DNA from: Alphaproteobacteria bacterium
GTDB taxonomy: Bacteria; Pseudomonadota; Alphaproteobacteria; Rs-D84
Assembly (NCBI GenBank): GCA_017616785.1
Contig: JAFZXK010000005.1
Location: 7,906-71,905, forward strand
Length of the DNA: 64,000 nucleotides
Reading direction: 5' to 3'
Part shown: one piece after another, positions 42,751 to 50,595 of the stretch
Layout of the letters: each line of letters begins with the position of its first letter
Numbering within the stretch: position 1 is the first letter of the stretch
Translations under genes and position numbers: made by a program
The notes under the pieces: generated by a model
What the model was told of the DNA's origin: nothing
Databases searched by the model: none
What the model saw: the letters and a program-made list of their open reading frames with translations, nothing else

Positions 42751-42957
42751 AAAAAAACCGTCAAATAGGACGGTCGGGGTGTTGAGAAATCATATAAGAC
42801 GATGACCCCCATGGACTTTATATATACTCCATGGGCACCCCGACAACCGGGGTATCAAGATTTCGGCACAAAACATCGGAAATTTTGCGGATTACGACAT
42901 AATGTGCCGGTCTTATATGGGCTTCTCAGGGCCCCGAACCAGATTCCCGTCTGATTC
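42751..42957 (-). ncRNA. Structured leader RNA, copy A (c4/ash-like attenuator candidate)
   Basis: P0 gaatcaga/tctggttc; P1 cgggg-tgagaa-catataagac / gtcttatatg-ttctca-ccccg; three inner hairpins; terminator accgtc/gacggt+T6; promoter TTGCCC-18-TAGCAT at 42964-42993. Confidence 0.7.
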
Positions 42958-43056
42958 AGGACTATGCTATCACGAATCGTTATTTTAGGGCAAGTGTTTT
43001 TTTAATGGGTTTTCTTTGCTATATGAAAACGCTCTGTTTCCCGTCATAATTTGTTT

Positions 43057-43467
43057 ATGAGCCGCGTAAATGTGATTCCAGTATCCGAACTTTCAGACCA
43101 GCATTTAATTGCCGAATATCATGAATTGCCACGCGTGATTAAACAAAAAATAGATATTTCGAACGCGCCGCGGTGCTTTGTTTTGGGTGCGGGTCATATG
43201 CGGTGGGCGCGCAAGCACTGGAAATTTACCTGTGACCGGTTTTGTGAAATCTGTGCCGAAATGGAATATCGCGGATTCAGGGTGAACTTTGCCCCGGAAA
43301 GTTTGCGTGAATATTTGGGCGCGTGTCCGACGGGCGGCGAATATGTTGTAACGGATGCCGACATAGAAAAAAACCGCGAACGAATTCGCGAAAAGTATAA
43401 CAAAAAACCGGAATTTTATCGTTGGACCCGACGGGAAAAACCCGGATGGCTGGGGAAGAGTGGGTAG
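43057..43467 (+). CDS. Pyrimidine-dimer DNA glycosylase (T4 endonuclease V / DenV family)
   Basis: MSRVNVIPVSELSDQHLIAEYHELPRV matches the T4 DenV N-terminus pattern; FVLGAGHM; RGF. Confidence 0.88.
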   Translation: MSRVNVIPVSELSDQHLIAEYHELPRVIKQKIDISNAPRCFVLGAGHMRWARKHWKFTCDRFCEICAEMEYRGFRVNFAPESLREYLGACPTGGEYVVTDADIEKNRERIREKYNKKPEFYRWTRREKPGWLGKSG

Positions 43468-43553
43468 TGTTAGTGATTAGTGTTAGTGGGGTGTAAAAAG
43501 AAGAGATATAAAACAACTGGCGCATTCGCGCCAGTTTCACTAACCACTTACAC
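43459..43553. repeat. GTTAGTG short repeats in inverted arrangement around a hairpin
   Basis: gtagtgttagtgattagtgttagtg ... aactggcgc-attc-gcgccagtt ... cactaaccacttacact. Confidence 0.6.
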
Positions 43554-44008
43554 TATCCTTTCATCAACCTTGCACGGGATTTTTCCCATTCGCGGCGCTT
43601 TATCGTTTCACGCTTGTCCGCACGGTTTTTACCATGGCCGATACCAAGCAAGACCTTTAACCGCCCACGATTATTAAAATACATTTTCAGCGGATAAATT
43701 GTTGCACCACGGTCATTCAATTTACCAATCATGCGATTTATTTGCGCCCTGTGCAGCAACAATCGACGCGGTCGGCGTTCATCAAAGTTCGTAATGCGCG
43801 CCGCCGTGGGTAATTTCTGAATTTCCACACCCGCAAGGTATAAATTCGTCCCGCGCCGCTGTACAAACCCGTCCACAATTGTGACCAGGCCATAACGCAG
43901 CGATTTAACTTCGGCCCCCGTTAATTCAATACCCGCCTCTATCGTGTCTTCGGTAACATAACAGAACCGCGCTTTGCGGTTTTCAGAAACAGCACCAAAT
44001 TTTATCAT
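43553..44008 (-). CDS. smpB: SsrA-binding protein
   Basis: ENRKARF, EAGIELTGAEVKSLR, RRLLLHR, DKRETIKRREW. Confidence 0.95.
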   Translation of the reverse strand: MIKFGAVSENRKARFCYVTEDTIEAGIELTGAEVKSLRYGLVTIVDGFVQRRGTNLYLAGVEIQKLPTAARITNFDERRPRRLLLHRAQINRMIGKLNDRGATIYPLKMYFNNRGRLKVLLGIGHGKNRADKRETIKRREWEKSRARLMKG

Positions 44009-44119
44009 ACTGCGTGGCATAATGTGTGATTCTATATCAAAAAACGACAAAAGCCAAATAATTTTTGCATTTAGTGCGTATTTGGTGTATAATTATATCA
44101 TAAACCAAAAGGATAAAGT

Positions 44120-44548
44120 ATGACGCCAGAAGAAATAGCGCTTGATTTTGTTACACGGTTTGAAGAGCAAATAAAAAAAACATTGGGGGTTCACACTTTT
44201 GATGACAGAAGGGCCGCCGGGCATATTGCACAATTTGTGTATGATAATCCGGTGGTGATGGATTATTATGATAATATAACTGTCAATCCACGTGTTGTTA
44301 CGATGCTTGTTGCTTCGTTACACGATGTGTTGGTCCCAGAAAGGATTCGCGAAGAACGGCGCCGCGTCGATTATATAAACAAAGTCCTAAAACAGAAAAA
44401 ATCCGGCAAAATGCCCGCGCGTTTGTATGATGATTTTATGCGCGTTTATTTTTCAGGAACAGTTGATACCGAAGATTTGACACGGGGACCCAATGTTGAT
44501 TTTAACTCGCTGGCATTAAAGCGTGCTTCGGGAATTTTTAATAGATAA
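44120..44548 (+). CDS. Hypothetical protein, paralog of 44886..45254 (ends FNR)
   Basis: SD aaagga; MTxxExAxxFVxxxEExIKxxLGxxTFD shared. Confidence 0.8.
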   Translation: MTPEEIALDFVTRFEEQIKKTLGVHTFDDRRAAGHIAQFVYDNPVVMDYYDNITVNPRVVTMLVASLHDVLVPERIREERRRVDYINKVLKQKKSGKMPARLYDDFMRVYFSGTVDTEDLTRGPNVDFNSLALKRASGIFNR

Positions 44549-44570
44549 CATGGTTTCGGACACGGAAATA

Positions 44571-44653
44571 CTATAACTCTATCCTTGGATAGAGTTTTTT
44601 TACATTTTCCATAACTATATCACACATTTTTTCAAATGGAACATTTTTTATTT
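44571..44653 (-). pseudogene. Displaced second allele of the tatD 3' end (direct repeat of 45272-45354)
   Basis: Encodes ...KNVPFEKMCDIVMENVKKLYPRIEL* versus LYPKIEF* in tatD; contains the aactctatc/gatagagtt hairpin plus T-run. Confidence 0.9.
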
Positions 44654-44689
44654 GTTGCAATGTTTCAGTATTTGTTACACAATTCGCGT

Positions 44690-44860
44690 GGGTATAGAGG
44701 TTTCTGTATCTTGGGCGTGACAACCCATCGGATGTGTCGGCGACGACATAAAAAATCCCAACATAGGTTGGGTGTCTGTGAATATATTGAATAAACAGAG
44801 CAATTCATCCGATTGTTGTCAACCCCCAACCGCTAACTTTATTCGGCGGTTGATTTAGTT
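44690..44860 (+). ncRNA. Structured leader RNA, copy B
   Basis: P0 ggtataga/tctgtatc; P1 ttggg-tgacaac-atcggatg / catccgat-gttgtca-cccaa; three inner hairpins; aaccgc/gcggtt hairpin; promoter TTGCAA-17-CACAAT from 44655. Confidence 0.7.
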
Positions 44861-44885
44861 TAACAAACAACAAAAAGGATAAAAA

Positions 44886-45254
44886 ATGACACTACAAGAA
44901 TTGGCGACAAATTTCGTTAATAAATATGAAGAAGAAATAAAGCGACAATTGGGTATAAAAACATTTGATAAAAAGGTCGCAATAGAATGTGTTGCGGACT
45001 TTTTTGAACGCGAAACCGCAGCATTGATTAATAACGCCATCAATAGAGATGCTTTTTCATCCAAGAATGGTATGATTAAGGATATTATTGGTTCCATGTA
45101 TGAGCAACTAGTGCCGGCACACATTCGTAAATTACATGAGGCCACCGCAAAAATAGAAGGACAAAACTTGGGCAAGGTCTTGACACAGATAGTAAAAACT
45201 GCCACAAAAGCAGCCATAGAAAACGCCGATAATACCATAGTTGTTGGAAGGTAA
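44886..45254 (+). CDS. Hypothetical protein, paralog of 44120..44548 (ends VGR)
   Basis: SD aaagga; shared N-terminal pattern and LVPxxIR. Confidence 0.8.
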   Translation: MTLQELATNFVNKYEEEIKRQLGIKTFDKKVAIECVADFFERETAALINNAINRDAFSSKNGMIKDIIGSMYEQLVPAHIRKLHEATAKIEGQNLGKVLTQIVKTATKAAIENADNTIVVGR

Positions 45255-45271
45255 AATTAAATTTTACCGAT

Positions 45272-46039
45272 TCAAAACTCTATCTTTGGATAGAGTTTTT
45301 TTACATTTTCCATAACTATATCACACATTTTTTCAAAAGGAACATTTTTTATTTCCGCCAAAACACGCGCCGTGTCAACCACATAGGCCGGTTCGCAAAT
45401 TTTGCCGCGGTGTGGCACGGGTGCACAATACGGGCTATCGGTTTCGACAATGATACGGTCAATTGGGATACGCGCAAATGTGTCGCGAATTTCGCCCGCA
45501 TTCTTAAAGGTTAAAATGCCACTTGCCGAAAAAAAGTATCCGCAATCCAACATTTTTTTGGCCAAATCATAACTTGATGTAAAGCAATGCATAACGCCAT
45601 AGATGTCCGAATAACGCGACAGAATTTCAAATGTATCGCTTTCCGCGTCACGCGTATGAATCGCGACCGGCAGCCCCGTACGCCACGCCATGTCCAGTTG
45701 CCTTTCGAACAATTCGATTTGCGCATTCCGCGTATCCGCGCCCATTTCGTGGTAATCAAGCCCTATTTCCCCAACCGCCAATACTTTCGGATTCGCCAAG
45801 ATTTCATCCGTAATGTAATCCGACGGATTTGTTCCCGCGTGTTCGGGGTGAATTCCAATTGTTGCAAAAATATTATCGCGTTCGTTTGCCAATTTCACCG
45901 CGGGTAAAATATCAACCGGGTCCGCCGTCGGGCAAATTATATATTTCACACCGGCCGCGGTTGCGCGCGCAATTACCGCATCCATGCCACCAACGGACGA
46001 AAAATCATAGGTTAAATGGCAATGTGTATCTATAAGCAT
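45272..46039 (-). CDS. tatD: TatD family DNase
   Basis: IDTHCHL, GIHP, GEIGLDY, IHTRDA, MHCF, ETDSPY. Confidence 0.95.
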   Translation of the reverse strand: MLIDTHCHLTYDFSSVGGMDAVIARATAAGVKYIICPTADPVDILPAVKLANERDNIFATIGIHPEHAGTNPSDYITDEILANPKVLAVGEIGLDYHEMGADTRNAQIELFERQLDMAWRTGLPVAIHTRDAESDTFEILSRYSDIYGVMHCFTSSYDLAKKMLDCGYFFSASGILTFKNAGEIRDTFARIPIDRIIVETDSPYCAPVPHRGKICEPAYVVDTARVLAEIKNVPFEKMCDIVMENVKKLYPKIEF

Positions 46040-46932
46040 TTTTGTATTTCCAATATAATCTTGAACAATGAGATTTCTGGTTCCAAATTCACGCGGTTTA
46101 TGTCCGCAATCGCCTTTGTTGCGACCGGGTAAAGTTCCGCCAAATTAAAGTGTGCAATCACATCAAGCAATATTCCATAAAGTTCCGGCGATGGCGCAAT
46201 TTGCCGCGCGATATTCATTGCATCCGACTGTGTTGCGTGCCGATTCGTTACAAATTCAACAACGCGTTCATATATCGCGTCGCCCCCAGATTGCTTTAGG
46301 TTCGCAATGCGTCCAAAAGACCCGTTGGCAAGGCGCAATGTTTCATCATCAACTATTTCATCCGGCATAAACCGCGCACAAAGGGTTCGCAAATCAGAAA
46401 TCGACAGCGGTCGCATCTTTTCCACGCGGGCACGCGAACGCACGGTTGGCAAAACACTTGATAATTGATGCGTAACCAACAGAAATAATGTTTTTGCCGG
46501 CGGTTCTTCCAATAACTTTAATATCGCATTCGCCGCAGCAGTTGTAAGTGCATCCACAGAATCAATCAACACAACACGCCACGCGCCCGACATTGACGAA
46601 AGTTGCATCTTTTCAATTGTTGCACGCACAGTATAGACCGAAATCGATTTTCCATCGGATTTAACGCGGCCGTCCTTGTCAATATTCCGGTCCATGTCGA
46701 TAATAAAAAAGTCACCTATATTACCATAAACCATGCGCGCAATCTGATAGGCAAGCGTTGCTTTGCCAATGCCACGCGGACCGCACAGCATCCACACTGG
46801 GTGCAACGGATGGGCGTCGCGATTTTGCCACGCATCCATAAACGCACGCAATGTTGCATCATGTCCAATCGTATTATTATTGTCCATCGGATGCGGAAAT
46901 TCGTAAACGGGCGCATTTGATTTCCGTGCCAT
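46030..46932 (-). CDS. holB: DNA polymerase III delta' subunit
   Basis: GPRGIGKATLA, AANAILKLLEEPP, LPTVRSR; start MARKS at 46932. Confidence 0.88.
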   Translation of the reverse strand: MARKSNAPVYEFPHPMDNNNTIGHDATLRAFMDAWQNRDAHPLHPVWMLCGPRGIGKATLAYQIARMVYGNIGDFFIIDMDRNIDKDGRVKSDGKSISVYTVRATIEKMQLSSMSGAWRVVLIDSVDALTTAAANAILKLLEEPPAKTLFLLVTHQLSSVLPTVRSRARVEKMRPLSISDLRTLCARFMPDEIVDDETLRLANGSFGRIANLKQSGGDAIYERVVEFVTNRHATQSDAMNIARQIAPSPELYGILLDVIAHFNLAELYPVATKAIADINRVNLEPEISLFKIILEIQKCL

Positions 46933-46933
46933 T

Positions 46934-48109
46934 TTAACGCCCCATAAGCATAGTAACAATATTTCGCCAAGCGCGCGCAAGGAAACGAACGCGCCCGACA
47001 TCAGATTTGGCGATTAAATTTGTTCGTGCGATAACATCGCCGTTGCGTTCGGCAATAACCTCGCCCAATATATCGCCGGCGCGAATTGGCGCGGGCATTG
47101 GGTCGGTATATCGCGCAAGCACGCGAACACCGGATAGGCCAACATTCTTTGGCACCGTAATCGCAAGTGTTTGGCCAACAGTTCCCATTACCGTATTGCT
47201 GCGTCCATACCAGGTCGGCACCGCGGTTACATCTTCGCCTGGGCGATAGAAAACCTTTGTGGTTGTTGTGGAAAAACCGTGCGACAGTAAACCCTTCATT
47301 TCCGTAGCCAATGCATCATGCCCCTTGCCATAAAAGCCATTTATAACGCCGATTAGACGCCGGCCACCGGACGTGGCACTTGCCACCATACCATATCCGC
47401 CCTTGTCCGTATGCCCGGTCTTAAGGCCGTCCGCACCCGACATTATGAACAGCAATTTATTATAATTCACCGTATGCGTTTTGCCCCAATCGCGACACCA
47501 ATCGGTTTTGTATTCGCCGAACTCAAAACGCTTGGTCGCGAACATTGGATACAAATCGGGATAATCAGAAATTATATGATATGCCAATGTCGCAAGTTCC
47601 CGACTTGTCATCAAGTTTTTATCGTTGGGCAAACCACTCGCATTCCCAAAGGTCGATAGCGGCATGCCGATCGAACGCGCCTTGGCCGTCATTAAATCAG
47701 TAAACTTTTCTTCCGTTTCGGCAAGTTTTTCCGCAACAACGACCGACGCATCACCACCCGACAGGACAATAAGGCCCAAAATCAAATCGCGCACAGATAT
47801 ATCCTGGCCCGCCGACAAGCAAATCTTGCTTGCCGGATACCAAAGCGGATTTTGATAGTCCGCATTTCTGCCAACCGGGAAACGGTCGTCCAAAGAAACC
47901 CGACCATCCTTGACCGCGTCAAACAAAACCGTCAGCGTCATCAGTTTTAACATTGACGACGGCGGCATAAGTTCATCCGCGGCAATCGATACAATTTCCG
48001 CCCCCGAATCATAGTCGATTAAAAAGGCGGATTTTGCCTTGGTCTTAAAATCTGCAAAAGCCGGCGCGGCGCAAAGAATCAGTAAAAGTGCGAAAATTTT
48101 TTGTTTCAT
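46934..48109 (-). CDS. dacA: D-alanyl-D-alanine carboxypeptidase
   Basis: SMLK (SxxK), SGGDAS, LKTGHT, C-terminal PBP5 domain. Confidence 0.9.
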   Translation of the reverse strand: MKQKIFALLLILCAAPAFADFKTKAKSAFLIDYDSGAEIVSIAADELMPPSSMLKLMTLTVLFDAVKDGRVSLDDRFPVGRNADYQNPLWYPASKICLSAGQDISVRDLILGLIVLSGGDASVVVAEKLAETEEKFTDLMTAKARSIGMPLSTFGNASGLPNDKNLMTSRELATLAYHIISDYPDLYPMFATKRFEFGEYKTDWCRDWGKTHTVNYNKLLFIMSGADGLKTGHTDKGGYGMVASATSGGRRLIGVINGFYGKGHDALATEMKGLLSHGFSTTTTKVFYRPGEDVTAVPTWYGRSNTVMGTVGQTLAITVPKNVGLSGVRVLARYTDPMPAPIRAGDILGEVIAERNGDVIARTNLIAKSDVGRVRFLARAWRNIVTMLMGR

Positions 48110-48152
48110 GATGTATGTATCATAACAATATATATCACCTTTTCAAATGATT

Positions 48153-48398
48153 TTTTAATTTGATTTTTGTCGCGCGTGGGGATAAAATGTTTCGGTGCGA
48201 AATCAAAGGGGGCCGGCATGTTTGATACAGAAAAATTAAAATCTTTTTCTTGGATAAATGTTGGAAACCCCGATCACGATGATTTTGAAAAACTGCAAGA
48301 TGAATACAAGATTGACGAAGATACAATATCTGATATTTTAGACCCGGACGAACAACCGCGCGAAGAATTTTTTTGAACATACTGTATTATATCGCGGA
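48153..48398 (+). pseudogene. Displaced, internally deleted allele of the corA promoter and 5' end
   Basis: 48153-48361 aligns to 50714-50922 (10 mismatches); 48362-48398 aligns to 51106-51143. Confidence 0.92.
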
Positions 48399-49721
48399 TT
48401 GTAACATAGGATTACGAAAGCTCGTTTGTGATTCGTTTGCCCCACCTGCAATTGCGCACTTTGTCGCGCAGTTTTTTATACATGTCGCTAAACTCGCGGT
48501 GTAGGCAGAATACACCCATTTAGATATAGCAGGATCCGTCATTTTACAATAACAATATTTTCCGTTCCCCCCAGACACAAACGAAGTAGAATACGTTTGC
48601 TGAATTTCTAACTGCTTAGAATCCGCAGATATGTTTCCAATCACAGCAGAAGTAGGGACAACCGAGCTACATATTGCCGAACCATTAATTGTAAAGGTCT
48701 TTGTGGAATCAGAAGAATTTATAAAGTCCAGTCGCCAAGTCCCTTTGGAAAGCGAATCCAAAATTCCGGTATTACAAACCTGAGTATTGGTACTAGGAGT
48801 TCCAAAATTTTGGCCACAATATCCAGTTGCAGCGGCATATTGGCCAGCATTATCAACTATGTCTAAATATGATGGGGTGGTCGTTACAAGCCGCACTGTA
48901 TTCTCTAAGCGCCATAATGAACCATTGGAATCTGGAATTCCGTTTTCATCAACCTGCGTAAATTCATGATTTACGGCATCTATTATTGCGTTATTTAATG
49001 TAACAGCATCTATAAAACCCTGATCCGTCTTGTTGGTTGTCGTATATATTGGCGCCGCACCCAGCATCCCACCCTCGCCACCTTCGGCGGCTTGGGTCAT
49101 AACATAGTTTGCCGAACCATTTGATATATATTGTTTTCTATTTACCCCCGTAAGCACCGCACCCGTCGTAGGTATAGTTGTTGATGTTGTATCAGAATAA
49201 TCCCCACTTGTCGCGTTTGGGGTTCCAAGTGTCGCAACAATTCCGCGTGGCGCCCCCAATTGTTCATCAGTTCCCGTTGTTGGGAAGGTTATTGCAGAAT
49301 TTGTCGCAACAGTGATCTTGTCTAATTTTGAATTTATACCGTCGTCAACATATTTCTTTGATGTTGGTATCTTCCTGTCCCCTAGTGCCGCCCATTGTGC
49401 AGTAAGAGTGAGAACCAGTGTATCACGAGTTTTGCAATTAGTATTTGTATATGTGTCCCCAGGTTGCATTATATCGCCACTGGCGGCATATGATGCGCTG
49501 CTGCTGGTAATAAGCCATCCTTCAAAACTATAATCAGATTTTGAACAAGTATTTTCAGCCACAACAAAACTACCCGTGTCGGCATTTGCCGTATGACTTT
49601 CAGGTGCTGGTCCATTTGCACCACTACCACAACTGTATACAACTTTGCACGGACCAGCCGCAAACCCAGGCAAAGATAATAAAATTCCACCAATTACAAG
49701 TAAGAGTTTATTCTGTCTCAT
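48387..49721 (-). CDS. Exported protein: InlB B-repeat-like domain, SKKYVD neck-like region, Cys-rich C-terminal domain
   Basis: Signal peptide; YSFEGW...TLTAQW; IPTSKKYVD; CSS..YCYC..WVY..CIKNCATKC..FR. Confidence 0.75.
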   Translation of the reverse strand: MRQNKLLLVIGGILLSLPGFAAGPCKVVYSCGSGANGPAPESHTANADTGSFVVAENTCSKSDYSFEGWLITSSSASYAASGDIMQPGDTYTNTNCKTRDTLVLTLTAQWAALGDRKIPTSKKYVDDGINSKLDKITVATNSAITFPTTGTDEQLGAPRGIVATLGTPNATSGDYSDTTSTTIPTTGAVLTGVNRKQYISNGSANYVMTQAAEGGEGGMLGAAPIYTTTNKTDQGFIDAVTLNNAIIDAVNHEFTQVDENGIPDSNGSLWRLENTVRLVTTTPSYLDIVDNAGQYAAATGYCGQNFGTPSTNTQVCNTGILDSLSKGTWRLDFINSSDSTKTFTINGSAICSSVVPTSAVIGNISADSKQLEIQQTYSTSFVSGGNGKYCYCKMTDPAISKWVYSAYTASLATCIKNCATKCAIAGGANESQTSFRNPMLQSAI

Positions 49722-49744
49722 CTTCTTCTATCCCCTCTTGTTTA

Positions 49745-50344
49745 TTATGGATTTGTGGTTTGTGGAACATAAACCCCATTCAATTCTTTTACAAGATATG
49801 TCAAACAATGGTCACCATTCGGATCTGTCTGTGCATTATATTCGCCTTCCCAACTATTGCATTCAAGGTGGGCATTAAATCCATTTGCAATCGCTGCATT
49901 AAGGTGCCCTGCCGAAACAAGTGCGTCTGTTTGCCCACTGTATGCCGCATTTGTTTTATATGTTGCACGTGCCGAAACTGTACCCTCAGTTCCAGTATAA
50001 GTGACCACATCACCAGTATTCCCAGCATCAATTTTTTCTTGCTTTAAATTTAAACTTGTGTTTATCCCCCCAGTAGTAACCAATGTTGTTGCTGTGGTAC
50101 TTGTTCCAAGGGTTGTTACAATCTGTCTCGCGCCAGGCGTCGCCCCAGTGGTTGTCGGATGGGTCATAACATAACTGCTCCCAGATGCCCTGCCTGGGAT
50201 TTTATCCTGCTTAGTTTCAACTTGGGTATCCACATAATATTTTGATGCAACGGTTTTTTTATCAGTTCCGGTATCCGAATATGCTGTACCAATAACAACA
50301 ACACATGCCATGACACCACTAAACAGCACGGTTTTTATACTCAT
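49745..50344 (-). CDS. Exported protein with SKYYVD/KQ neck-like repeats
   Basis: SD ggagg; signal peptide; KKTVASKYYVDTQVETKQDKIP, near-identical to the 41355 protein motif. Confidence 0.78.
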   Translation of the reverse strand: MSIKTVLFSGVMACVVVIGTAYSDTGTDKKTVASKYYVDTQVETKQDKIPGRASGSSYVMTHPTTTGATPGARQIVTTLGTSTTATTLVTTGGINTSLNLKQEKIDAGNTGDVVTYTGTEGTVSARATYKTNAAYSGQTDALVSAGHLNAAIANGFNAHLECNSWEGEYNAQTDPNGDHCLTYLVKELNGVYVPQTTNP

Positions 50345-50378
50345 TGCCCTTACCTCCCTTTCTATGATATGCTATGTT

Positions 50379-50595
50379 AAATCAAAATACCGCCAAGAAA
50401 CATGACGGTCGGGCATTTTCAAGGTCATACTCTGAATGACTCTGTGGTATTTGGTAAACCTGTTGTATCCCCACAGATGCCCGACCCACAGGTCAGGCAA
50501 ACGGTGCAAAGCGCTAATGTAATAAAATTCATTGTCAATGCGTTTGCACCGCAGAGTAGAGTCCTTGAAAGACCCAAACCAAACTTCCTTGGTTC
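50379..50595 (-). ncRNA. Structured leader RNA, copy C
   Basis: P0 gaaccaa/ttggttt; P1 ttggg-tttcaagg-tactctg / cagagta-ccttgaaa-cccga; three inner hairpins; accgtca/tggcggt hairpin; promoter TTGACC-18-TAGCAT at 50602-50631. Confidence 0.7.

Noticed and set aside
42915-42940. ggggccctgagaagccc in leader A resembles the TPP riboswitch UGAGA motif
   Set aside because: No CCUGAU or GUAGGGA-type downstream core, and copies B and C replace the box with other paired sequences
48387-48560. Cys-rich C-terminus as a possible DGR variable region
   Set aside because: No template repeat or reverse transcriptase in the window
50355-50382. ctatgttaaat XerD-like arm within the corA cassette
   Set aside because: The XerC half does not match and the site is not at a cassette boundary
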